A stretch of DNA of 64,000 bases from Oopsacas minuta (lineage: Eukaryota; Animalia; Porifera), in contig JAKMXF010000365.1 of the NCBI GenBank assembly GCA_024704765.1, positions 310,001 through 374,000 on the forward strand, in the 5' to 3' direction. Shown here piece after piece: positions 32,635 to 42,898 of the stretch. Position numbers and translations under genes: made by a program. Positions within the stretch are counted from its first letter, which is position 1. Each line of letters starts with the position of its first letter. The notes beneath the pieces are model-generated. The model searched no databases. It was not told the DNA's origin and saw only the letters and a list, made by a program, of their open reading frames with translations.

Positions 32635-34539
32635 CTAATGATTAACAATGATATGAAAATATTGGCCTTCAAATTCAACATCATTCTTCTCCAGTCTCCA
32701 TTGCCTCGAATGTGCGAATATAAATAGAGGAATAAAATTACAAAACAGACAAAGAAAGAAAGCAACTACCCAAGGTACCCATGTGAGATACAATTCTCCC
32801 TCAATACAATGAGACGTATACGCCATACAGTAGTTACAGCCATATGATATACAAACTTTATTCAAAATTAAATAGAATACATTAGGAAACAGAGTTCCTA
32901 GACCAAGGTAGAAATAGTATAAGCCAAAGAAGAACCCCTTCATAGAGTTACCGAAATGTTTACTACATTGATAGTAAACAAATTGTAGAGATCCTATTAT
33001 TGTAATTACTTCTAGAAATCCCATACACATGTACTGGGGGATCTGAGCAAATATTGAGATATTCGAGAAAGTTATGGTTCTATTTTGATCTGAACAAGCT
33101 ACTTGCTCCGTATTAGATTTTACTCTACTAACGTCAACTGCTAGAGTGACCAATATACCAAGAAGACTTAACACAATGCCATATAATATTCTCTTCAGTA
33201 AGCACTCTACGAAGAGATATCGACTCAGATAATCACGTATTTGATGCGCTAACCTTCTCAGAAATCCGATGCGAATGCATCTGACGAACCAAGGGAGACG
33301 ATTAGAGTTACCCTCAAATCCGAAAGTTAGATTAAAGAAAATATATTCGAAAACAGGCGCAAATAATATCACAGATAAATCATCTACAAAAGAAATATTA
33401 CTGAAGTGAACGTACCTTTCCTTATGACAATAATATTTGGTTTTATTATTCCTTAACTCGGGCCAGTTGAAGAAATCTGATTGAGTAGGGAACATTTGCT
33501 GTACTGTCTGATACACACCAAACACTAACAAGAGAAGGAGAAGAGCAAAATTTATCTTAATTAAGGAACTGGTGCCCCTAACTGCATTCAAGCGATAAGA
33601 ACCTCCATGATCTCTAAGAGCGTATTTAAGAATAGAAACATCTCCTAATGTCTTTCCTTCTAGAATTCTCCTCTTAATAGCCTGACACAAAACTCCTAAT
33701 CCTTCCTTAAAGGAGTATGCGCTATTTATAACGGGGGATACAGGTAGGATATTCAAGAACCTTCCTCCTACAAACAATAGCCAGGTGACTAGGATAACGA
33801 ATGTACTAGCAGCTGAGTGATATACCAGCTGATTGTGAGGGAAATGTAGATACCTGAAGTAAGCTAGTAGTGATCCTATGTTATCTGCTATGTAGAACAT
33901 TGAGAAGTACAGGATAAGAGTAGCTATCTTGTTCTCTTGTAAAATATCTAAACCGTACGGACAAGAAAGGGGGAGAAAAAGCGCGAATCCAAGAATAAAC
34001 GCGACTAAACTAATAACAGACAGTATCTGTATGATTACATGAGGTATAGAAGGCAGGTTATGGAATGGATAATCAAAATCAGTGAATGAGATCTGCAGAA
34101 CTACATAGCAAACTAACAATAATATACTAGAGAACAGCGAGATGAATAGACTAGCATTCAAAAGTCTTTGTCTAGAATACTTGGGTGAATCTGACAGATA
34201 CCCGAATATAGGAGATAAGAGAACAGGAATAGATAGCAGTAATATTGATAGTATGTAAGTACCATCATTACTGAATACCTTAAAGCAATTAGAGAGGACC
34301 TCACTTAACAAGAAAGAACTGTTGTAATAATAAATACGTTGCAATACAAGAATAAACAGGAAGAAATATAGCCTGTTTCTATCTAACATCGGTATCATAG
34401 GGCCTGTGATGAAGCAGAGGTTACGGAAGACATTCCCCTCACGCTCCGCGGGCCCTGTTGGAGATATGAGATTTGAATTCTCTGAAAGAGGGTTGGGACT
34501 CACTCGTAAGTGATTTAAATTTGATGTGGAGAGAGACAT
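32635..34539 (-). CDS. Divergent SLC15/POT-family transporter, copy 2
   Basis: PIFGYLSDSPKYSR, YGLDI and QIPQYMCMGFLEV; same architecture as copy 1 but strongly diverged from it. Confidence 0.75.
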   Translation of the reverse strand: MSLSTSNLNHLRVSPNPLSENSNLISPTGPAEREGNVFRNLCFITGPMIPMLDRNRLYFFLFILVLQRIYYYNSSFLLSEVLSNCFKVFSNDGTYILSILLLSIPVLLSPIFGYLSDSPKYSRQRLLNASLFISLFSSILLLVCYVVLQISFTDFDYPFHNLPSIPHVIIQILSVISLVAFILGFALFLPLSCPYGLDILQENKIATLILYFSMFYIADNIGSLLAYFRYLHFPHNQLVYHSAASTFVILVTWLLFVGGRFLNILPVSPVINSAYSFKEGLGVLCQAIKRRILEGKTLGDVSILKYALRDHGGSYRLNAVRGTSSLIKINFALLLLLLVFGVYQTVQQMFPTQSDFFNWPELRNNKTKYYCHKERYVHFSNISFVDDLSVILFAPVFEYIFFNLTFGFEGNSNRLPWFVRCIRIGFLRRLAHQIRDYLSRYLFVECLLKRILYGIVLSLLGILVTLAVDVSRVKSNTEQVACSDQNRTITFSNISIFAQIPQYMCMGFLEVITIIGSLQFVYYQCSKHFGNSMKGFFFGLYYFYLGLGTLFPNVFYLILNKVCISYGCNYCMAYTSHCIEGELYLTWVPWVVAFFLCLFCNFIPLFIFAHSRQWRLEKNDVEFEGQYFHIIVNH

Positions 34540-34796
34540 GATAACAGATTTAATAAAGTAATTCAGTTATTAATCATTAATAATAGTTTGAGCATAATTA
34601 TCCTAGTAATATGATACAAACCTAGTAGATACTATACCAACACATTACTGAAGGTTGCCCTAATACGTAGTGAATAGTAATAAAGAATTAGATAAGATAT
34701 ATATTTATGATGAATTGTTCACAATATACACATAAATAGTTAAATACAAGTGATAAAATCGGATGTTATTATATTCATATATAAACAACTGTATCA

Positions 34797-35235
34797 TCAG
34801 CTGATTGGTGCATAGAAATATTTGCGTCTATTCTCTCCTATACCCAGCTCTTCTTTCTGAGCCTGCAATGCTTTCTTATATCTCTCCCGTCTAGCCTCTT
34901 TATAGCCAGCTATTTTATCATCTTGCTCAAAATCATCTGTCCAACGGTAGCTGACGTCATGTTCCCGTATTGTAATACTCCAAAAGGAGTCTACTATAGG
35001 GAGGGGTCTCTGTGGACTTAGAGTAGGTGTGGGTAGTTTAGGTTGAATGGGAACACTTAACCTATAGGATATAATTATGAAGAAGGATACATTTGATATT
35101 TATGGTTAATCACAATATTGATGTGTTGTCGAATATAGCAAAGCTTCTCATATTATGTCTGTGTACTTCTGTACGTGTTTAAACCTATTACTTGATGGCA
35201 AAATGATCACACCTGTATTTGAATGAATTACTCAT
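34797..35235 (-). CDS. Hidden two-exon 95-aa gene with a LIAT1-like basic motif; exons 35235-35213 and 35061-34797
   Basis: ATG AGT AAT TCA TTC AAA TAC AG|gt...cctatag|G TTA gives MSNSFKYRLSVPIQPKLPTP...SYRWTDDFEQDDKIAGYKEARRERYKKALQ...YAPIS*. Exon 2 has no Met, so the ORF track misses it. Confidence 0.6.
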
Positions 35236-35260
35236 ATTGATGAAAATTAATTCAACCGAA

Positions 35261-35290
35261 GTATGATAACGTGTGATAACGTGTGATAAC
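35261..35290. repeat. Three tandem 10-bp units GT(A/G)TGATAAC
   Basis: gtatgataac gtgtgataac gtgtgataac; each unit contains a WGATAR motif. Confidence 0.85.
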
Positions 35291-35507
35291 TCAAAATATA
35301 AGGTAAGGGATATTCTGAATAAATCAGTACACTACAAATCATTAATAATAATTCTCAACAGCATCTCATTCAAAAAGAGAAAATCAGCTACGGATAAGTT
35401 GAAACGAACGATCTGCTTCAAGTCCAGGGTAAATACAAGTTGTAGCAGTTGATTGAGGAGGTTAGCAGTATACATGTTTAAATCATACATTCGGTAGATA
35501 AGCGTAA

Positions 35508-38081
35508 TCAAACATCATCATTTAACATTTCATTCATCTTCTCATAAGCTGTCTCAGCTATAGCTACAAGATCAGCATCATCAGAAGAGTGACAATCCTC
35601 GATTAACTCGAATAGATCAGATGAATTCATGTAGTCTCTAACTAGTACACCAATTGATGCCATTTGTGTAATAAGTACCATAGAAGCAACTAACACATCT
35701 CTGCTAGGAAGGCCTACATAGTCTTCATTATTCAGAGCGTCTAGGATAGCTGTAACGATTAGCTTAACGTATGGAATAAGTTTCTCAGCTTGTGTTTGTG
35801 AACCAGATAAACTTATAAATACTCCAGTAAATCCATCAAACAGATTCTCCAGGTATTGGTCATCATAATCCTCAACCATAGCACCCCTGAACTGAACACC
35901 ATGCTCTTTGTAGTGAGTGAATGAATCCAATAAGATGTTCATTGCCTGCGGTAGAAACGGTTCGAATTTCTGGTTCATAATTTGACTTAGTTCACCTACA
36001 ATCTTACAAATCATAGGTCTAACCTCCCATCCATAGTGTGGATATATTAAACAATCACTGAGTGCATTCCATACTTGATGCGAGTACTTATCGATAGTAT
36101 CAGAAGCATGTGCTAGTCTATAGAGTTGTACTGTGAGGTTAAGAGATACCTCTATCATGCTGAAAGGCATATACTCCGGCCATTGACCTTCATTCCTAAA
36201 CGCTTCCTCGAGTATCATGATTATAAGTGGGAGCAAGCTTTCTGCTTTAGCGATAAGAGGGTTTGTATCGATTAGATATTCAACTGAAGCGATCTGAGAT
36301 AAATTGAAGAGTAGCTCTTCGTAGAGGGAGGGGAGGATATCGAAGCTAACTTGAGCTTGATTCAGATGGAAAAGTATTTGCAAGAGCATAACCACTACGT
36401 TACTACAAATAGCGCTATTCAATGATAGAATTAACGCTAGCTTCTGAATACAGCTACCGGATATAGCGAGGTATGCTGAGTAGAACTCGTCGCATTCTTG
36501 TGCCTCTTCTACTGTCATGTCGAATAGTTTCTTGAGGTCTTCTGGAACTACAAGCGTTTTTATTTTCTGCAAACTCTCCACATGTATTTTCTTTACAGTA
36601 TCCACAAGTGTAGCTGGACACATCTCAACTAGAATACATATCGTTTCAGATATTACATCTGCAAAATTTCGCATTTTAGGATTATCAAGTGAGTTCTTGA
36701 GTGCATTGTATATCTGAGGTATGTAAGTTATTAGAGACTTGGTGACTGGAGGTAGGTCATCAGGATCTGTACTGATAAGAGATACGCCAGTCCGTTGCAT
36801 TTCAGCATCATGTACCTTAAGGAGATTCGTGAAAGCGTCGATAACATTTTTGGCTAATGATTCAGTAGTTTTTAGTGTTTCAACAAGAACAGGCACAACA
36901 TGGTCAATGTGATTATATGCATTACTTCTCTTGGACTCAGCTGCTTCGTTACTGAAGTCTATCACTATCTTTGGCATGAATTCATATACACCAGCAAGGA
37001 CCCAACATACAGCATCTTTAACTAACACAATTTCATCTGTTTTGAGGTAGTTAACAAAGGAAGGGAGAGCTAGTTTAAGATATGGCAGAAGGAATTCCTC
37101 GTTATTCTCAAGACAAGATCCGAATGAAACGAGTGCAGCCTCCCTGAACCTAAAATTAGCGTTTTCAATATGCTTCTCTACATAAGGCAGAACGATACGG
37201 ACACAATCATTTTTGTATGTTTTGCAGAACAGGCACAAAGCCTCTGCAGCTGTTCGAGTTACTTCAGTCGTCTCGGTGTTAGGATCCGCGATTAGCTCAG
37301 GAGACTGCTTAGTGAGAAGAGCCAGGAGGAGAGAAATTATTCGCGAGAGGAACGGTTTAAGGATGTCGTACTCTTGGGTGTGTTCAATCCCTCCTTGTTC
37401 CTGTGAACGGATTACAGCTGATACAAATGATATCCAGAAGCGGACTGCTACATCAGCTATCTCACTGCTCTCTACAACTGCTGCCTTGCTGATATTATCA
37501 AAGATAACTTCCAATTGATCCTGTAATAACCCGGCATAGAGCTCAGCTGTTAGACATAATATCTCAAAGGCTATTTGTCTTGCATTCGTATTCTCAGACT
37601 TAATCGAGTTGAGTAGAAGTTTAAACAAGCTCTCACGTTCTCCTTTCTGTGAGAAATATCTTCCGGAATGTGGAACAAGATTCCATAAGCAGTATAGAGA
37701 ACATAGAGATATGCTTTCTTCTATGTGTGAGCTTGATAAACAGGATCTGATAAATGTGTAAATAGGAAGTAGTTGCTCTTGAGATGGAACAGATTCAGAG
37801 ATGAGAAGTGATAGTTTATACATATGGCGGTATATCTTGTCTGCTTGAGACTCTGATAATGAAATCTCTGAGTCTTTGGAACTTTCCGATTCGAGTGAAG
37901 AATCTGGAGAAGAACGTTTCCTCTTGTTTAGTTGAGAGAATTCTTTGTTTAGCAGAGAAATCGTCTTCTCTAAACTGTCATTGGAATGGAGCCGTATCGT
38001 TTCAGCAATCCTGACTTGTTCAGATTTATCTTGTAGCCTGACCAGCTCCAATCTGTTCAGAATATCAGCGACTAATGTCAT
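35508..38081 (-). CDS. Divergent importin-beta-1-like HEAT-repeat protein, intronless, 857 aa
   Basis: NFRFREAALVSFGSCLE and VLVKDAVCWVLAG align with KPNB1 HEAT 9-10; length is similar to KPNB1; the N-terminus and acidic loop are atypical. Confidence 0.75.
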   Translation of the reverse strand: MTLVADILNRLELVRLQDKSEQVRIAETIRLHSNDSLEKTISLLNKEFSQLNKRKRSSPDSSLESESSKDSEISLSESQADKIYRHMYKLSLLISESVPSQEQLLPIYTFIRSCLSSSHIEESISLCSLYCLWNLVPHSGRYFSQKGERESLFKLLLNSIKSENTNARQIAFEILCLTAELYAGLLQDQLEVIFDNISKAAVVESSEIADVAVRFWISFVSAVIRSQEQGGIEHTQEYDILKPFLSRIISLLLALLTKQSPELIADPNTETTEVTRTAAEALCLFCKTYKNDCVRIVLPYVEKHIENANFRFREAALVSFGSCLENNEEFLLPYLKLALPSFVNYLKTDEIVLVKDAVCWVLAGVYEFMPKIVIDFSNEAAESKRSNAYNHIDHVVPVLVETLKTTESLAKNVIDAFTNLLKVHDAEMQRTGVSLISTDPDDLPPVTKSLITYIPQIYNALKNSLDNPKMRNFADVISETICILVEMCPATLVDTVKKIHVESLQKIKTLVVPEDLKKLFDMTVEEAQECDEFYSAYLAISGSCIQKLALILSLNSAICSNVVVMLLQILFHLNQAQVSFDILPSLYEELLFNLSQIASVEYLIDTNPLIAKAESLLPLIIMILEEAFRNEGQWPEYMPFSMIEVSLNLTVQLYRLAHASDTIDKYSHQVWNALSDCLIYPHYGWEVRPMICKIVGELSQIMNQKFEPFLPQAMNILLDSFTHYKEHGVQFRGAMVEDYDDQYLENLFDGFTGVFISLSGSQTQAEKLIPYVKLIVTAILDALNNEDYVGLPSRDVLVASMVLITQMASIGVLVRDYMNSSDLFELIEDCHSSDDADLVAIAETAYEKMNEMLNDDV

Positions 38082-38968
38082 CTTAAATTCAATGATTAAT
38101 AAAGTCTTTTCTAATTGTATCTGAGACTAGCATATCACATCTTTAAATACAAATGCATTATTCTACTGTAGCATATAGCAAGTAAAGTAAAGTAAATGTA
38201 ACGTCCACATAGAGAGATGTGTACAAGGCACAGTAGTAGTAGTAGAAATAATCATTAACGAAAGACACGACTAGATGACCATATGACTTATTGATCTAAC
38301 AGTGGTTACACAAGTGTTAATTAAATTAATTACTGAACGCCTGTACGAGTTTTGCAATGGTAAGAATAATTAAGAAGTTTTGCAATCTCTCTTATAAGTA
38401 ACATAAATGAATATAATTAACAAACCGCTTCCTAAACAGGATCAACAATACAAGACGACAGATTTGTACAAATTATATGTTTATGGATATATACATATTA
38501 TTGTTATTGTAACATAATTCAGCAAACATCGATAAGAATTAACATTTTGGCTTCTGAAAACAGATAAAACAATAAAATTTAGTGTGAATTTTCTAAAAAA
38601 TGGTACAAAATATAAAATATGGTCTCCAGCAGTGAATGAATTAACTAAGACACGAATGAACGCGTAGGAGTAATATTAACATCTTAATGATTGAAGTGTT
38701 TGGTAATAATGCTGTAAGTGTAAGGTACAGAAACACACGATTGCACATTAAAATGTCAGAATTTTTAGTGTACGATACAGGCCGCGAAGTCACCGATTGA
38801 AAGTTCATAATTAACTACAATACAATATATTTTGAATAAACTCTAATAGATAAACCCTAATCTACTGGTGTAGTTAAGGCCAAATTGATAGAATGAATAT
38901 ACGTACAATTTGAGGATTAAATATTATCGACTTCGTATTCAAAATCATGGTTTGAAAAATAAGGTACA

Positions 38969-38971
<3 letters not shown>

Positions 38972-39003
<32 letters not shown>
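38972..39003. repeat. (AT)16 microsatellite
   Basis: Directly visible. Confidence 0.95.
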
Positions 39004-39005
<2 letters not shown>

Positions 39006-39408
39006 GTATTAATGCTCGTGTGTCAGTTTATGAATGCTATAGAGAATAGAACCCAAAGTAATGAATTAATATCTACAATCATTTCCAGCTTAACATTGTG
39101 AGGAAACAATGAACAAACAGCAATATCCTAATTAACCATACGGCAGAACAAAGTATTGAGAAATGAAAGAAATACAGTTTCCATATATGGTATACATTAT
39201 GACTCTGTATCCAATACGTGAGCTGTTGAGGTATGACTACCATAGACTATGTGTCTACAACTGTATTAACAATAAAATATGCATATATTAACTAAACTTA
39301 TCAGTCATCACTGTGGGAGTAACTATGTATGTCATTACTATTGGTATAGTAATGGCCGATTAACAACTCAAGAGGTTATAATATTAGAGTGATAATTACC
39401 ATACATAT

Positions 39409-41508
39409 TCATAAGCTCTGGACTATATTATCAATCTCTAGTCTCGTATTAGTAGCACATTGTACCAATGCCTTACATTCCTCAATAGAATCTATCGCAA
39501 TTAACTCAGTGAGAGCTTTTAGGAATTCTTCAATGTCAATAGCAAGCTGTAGCCGGATCTTGTTGTCATCTGTCATAGCAGGAGACACATTACTTGGCGT
39601 TATAGACTGCTGAGACACAAGACTACCAGTACGTTGCTTGATTCTTAACAGAGAGTCCTCTGTACGTTTGACAGATGTCAATACTTCATTAATAATAACA
39701 ATATACCTAGCACTAGATTGCTCTATTACTCCTGTCATTATAATTAGTGATCTATCAGAATTCAGCATAGAAGAGAAAGATTTATAGAATGTGTAGAGAG
39801 GTTGTACAGATATTGAGACATAGGAGGAGGAACGGGAGGGCTGTTCCTTATTCGTCTTCCTGTAGAGTCTCGGTATGGAGTGAGCTTGTTCTAACGGCTG
39901 AATACAATGCTGTGCTAATTGTAATACGATAGCATTGATAGGATATGTTACAGCTTCAGAGAATTCTCTCTGAGATAATGTAATTGCATCATCTAATATA
40001 GATTCAGTGAATTGAGGCAATATAGTGAGTTTAGGCTTGATGGTAGTAACACAGAAAGAAGCTATTTCATCTACAACTATATCAAAGTCATGTACAAGTA
40101 GTGTGAGCGTATCTACAGTGAGATCTGTAATCTGATTCAGAGTATGTGACCAAGATGCAGTTCTAGATAACAGCTGGAGGGTAAGTTTCCAGAACCGATG
40201 TGAGAGAGGAAGGAGGAAGATGTTATCAGCCCAGCAGTTGGAGAGACAAGTCCAAAGAGTAGAGAATATCTGAAGTTTGAAGATGTTCTCTTCAGGAGGC
40301 GGTGATGTAAATGGTGCATCTAAAGTTTGTTCAAGGAGTCCAGCTATCTCTTTGAAGCAGAGCTGATAGTAAACTCTTAAATCCCATTTCTCCAAGAACT
40401 CAACATAACTCTCGTGATCATGTAGTTCATTTACATTATGCTTTGTTTCACACAGAATTTCAAACTGCTCTATAAACCTAAGTGTAAGCGAGTAGTTATT
40501 GTGGAAAGTATGGACATCTGATACCAGAAATGTATCAGATATATTTTGAATGAATTCTTGTGTAATCGCTGGCCACACAGCTCTTGCAAGGAAGTTGTAC
40601 CCGTGTACGAATGGTGAATCAAATCCCACCCCCATTTTAAGAAGGGTAGGGTCATATCCAGAGGATTTCTCACTCGTGAGTCTAAGAACGTTAGCACAGC
40701 GTGAGGGTATAAATTCTAAAATAGATGTGTAGAGCTGTTCTAGACCTAATTCCTGTAATGTATCAGGGGTAATTAGTTCTGACATAAAACCATGTACAAT
40801 TTGTTTACAAAACAGATCCTCAGCTTCTCTCTGTAAGCCTAGACTCGTGTATAATTTCAAACATTTCCTAATGGACTCCTTTTCATTGTTATGAATACTA
40901 CCCAAGAATGCAGAACCCAGTTGAGAGGATAAGCTCTCCCTCAGCTCTGTAACTCTCCCTTCATATACTCCAGCTATGCTAGGATGTACTCTAGACAACA
41001 AATGCTGGAGGGTTGATATGTCAATGGAAGCTTTTTCAAGTCCAGGCAACTGTTCGCCACAGAAACGCTGTCCAAAATCAAAGTTCTTCACAAGTTCAGA
41101 TATTTGCATCAAATATTGCAGATTTTTTCTCTTTTCCATCAATTCCTGATGACGTAAAAGCTTCCTATGAATTTCATCCAGATGAATACCTACTTTGTAT
41201 TTTATTTTTATTATTTTATCCTGTACTTGTTGTATATGTCCAGTTGTTTGTATGATGTGTACATCTAAACCGACCATACTCTGTGAAACTTGTATATACT
41301 CTGAATAATCCGTGTTTATCATATCGATAAGAGAGTTCTTCAATACCCTGAAGTAGATGTCCAGATCGTCTCTCAGCTGTTCCAGGGAGGCGCCACGAGA
41401 TTTGCATTGAGAAATAAAAGTTTCAACAGTAAAATCTTTTGATAAGAACTCATCACCCGAGAAACAGATCATGTCAGGTGGACGAGGTAACCCGACAGGT
41501 AAATCCAT
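39409..41508 (-). CDS. COG2: Conserved oligomeric Golgi complex subunit 2
   Basis: ICFSGDEFLSKDFTVETFI, LEQLRDDLDIY, MINTDYSEY, PRLYRKTNK and DDNKIRLQLAIDI match COG2. Confidence 0.93.
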   Translation of the reverse strand: MDLPVGLPRPPDMICFSGDEFLSKDFTVETFISQCKSRGASLEQLRDDLDIYFRVLKNSLIDMINTDYSEYIQVSQSMVGLDVHIIQTTGHIQQVQDKIIKIKYKVGIHLDEIHRKLLRHQELMEKRKNLQYLMQISELVKNFDFGQRFCGEQLPGLEKASIDISTLQHLLSRVHPSIAGVYEGRVTELRESLSSQLGSAFLGSIHNNEKESIRKCLKLYTSLGLQREAEDLFCKQIVHGFMSELITPDTLQELGLEQLYTSILEFIPSRCANVLRLTSEKSSGYDPTLLKMGVGFDSPFVHGYNFLARAVWPAITQEFIQNISDTFLVSDVHTFHNNYSLTLRFIEQFEILCETKHNVNELHDHESYVEFLEKWDLRVYYQLCFKEIAGLLEQTLDAPFTSPPPEENIFKLQIFSTLWTCLSNCWADNIFLLPLSHRFWKLTLQLLSRTASWSHTLNQITDLTVDTLTLLVHDFDIVVDEIASFCVTTIKPKLTILPQFTESILDDAITLSQREFSEAVTYPINAIVLQLAQHCIQPLEQAHSIPRLYRKTNKEQPSRSSSYVSISVQPLYTFYKSFSSMLNSDRSLIIMTGVIEQSSARYIVIINEVLTSVKRTEDSLLRIKQRTGSLVSQQSITPSNVSPAMTDDNKIRLQLAIDIEEFLKALTELIAIDSIEECKALVQCATNTRLEIDNIVQSL

Positions 41509-42213
41509 TCTTATATGATTACTTATAGCATGTGTTTTATAAGGAAAATAAAATTATTCGTAATGAATCTATCTCAGTATTGAATAGAACCTCAATTGCT
41601 TCTGGTTATATTACATTAATGGATAAACTCAAATAGATTCTTGATGGTCCACTAATTCACAATTCAGACACTTTATGAACATATTCTAACCGATAGATTG
41701 TACTATTTTCTAACAGAATAGTCAAAGAAAAAATTTCTTATGAAAAGCAATATAAACTGAGATCACTACTGGGTCTTATACAATAGTATAGGCGGTACTC
41801 TAATAACTCATTTTTAAGTTGTAACATCCTGACTTAAATTTGATATGCCCTTTGTCATAAGCAGTAAATTATCATAAAAACTTGCACAACTAGATAAGAT
41901 CCATTTTCAACCCCTTTAGACTTAAAATTAGTTTCAAGTAAGGTAATGGTGGGAAATGATGGTATACGGGTATGTGGGTACCACTACCGGACTCGTAAGA
42001 TAAGTAATTGAGGGCTGTGATACAATAATAGGGAAGAATACAATTGTCTTAAATGGATAATTATTATTATAAGAGAAATCACGAACTTCTCTATGTAATG
42101 ACCTAGATAAAACTTCCCACAACAGAAGTAGTAGATCAAATGTCCTCGATTCAAACAATGAGTTATAATGAAGTGATAATGGGTCGTGTTGTTACTTAAT
42201 TAGCTGATAATTA

Positions 42214-42576
42214 TTAAGCTGGAATTATCAAAGGTAAGTTATAATAAAATACGTACCTTGTAGAAGTATATTTTGCAGGAATGTCCTTCGTTCCTTTGGA
42301 GGTAGCTATACTATCCGACTTTGCACTCTCTTTTCTTTCTTCTTTTGTAGTAATATTTGCATATGAATCAGAGAGATTGCCATTAGTACGGCTACTAGGC
42401 TGTTTAGAAACTTCGTTTACCACTTGAGGTTTAGAGATAAAAGATTTCTTCTTTGTCTGTGGCTGTTGTTTCTTATTGCTGTTAGTTTGACTTAGTTTAG
42501 ACTTCATTACACCATTGTTTGCCTGTTTCTGTTGTTTAATTGCAGGTGTTGGAGATGTAGATTTATCAGATATCAT
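42214..42576 (-). CDS. Putative low-complexity Lys/Gln/Ser-rich protein, about 110-120 aa, probably spliced near its end
   Basis: Open for 120 codons with a disordered composition; AG|GTACGT donor at 42256 and a TTCCAG acceptor at 42219. No family recognised. Confidence 0.4.
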   Translation of the reverse strand: MISDKSTSPTPAIKQQKQANNGVMKSKLSQTNSNKKQQPQTKKKSFISKPQVVNEVSKQPSSRTNGNLSDSYANITTKEERKESAKSDSIATSKGTKDIPAKYTSTRYVFYYNLPLIIPA

Positions 42577-42898
42577 TGCTAACCATCTAGCAATTGAAAG
42601 GGTATTAAAATTATAGAAATGAAAGTTTAACAGTTAGGGAATCGTAACGAAATCATCCTAGTAAATTTCCTATCCACACTCCAGTCCATACACCTGTTAT
42701 AGGAAAAATAATCGTTAGCTATTTCACATTATAATTCTAATTAAACGCGTTCTCTACAGATGGTATATAGATGTACATTTTGTTATTGCAATACATCTCA
42801 TTTATTCACGAATCAGTACACATCTGTGTTTGCATAATTAAGCTATTCTGTGTGCTTCCTACATGCCAAATATACCTGTTATAGCGTTATAATGCCAG

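Noticed and set aside
35238-35318. TGATGA...CTGA spaced like a C/D snoRNA
   Set aside because: Only a 3-bp terminal stem, the interior is the 10-bp tandem repeat, and it has no intron host on that strand.
38100-39400. Largest gene-free gap, searched for hidden exons and RNAs
   Set aside because: Only short frames without coherent splice phases; the 63-aa ORF runs through the (AT)n repeat.
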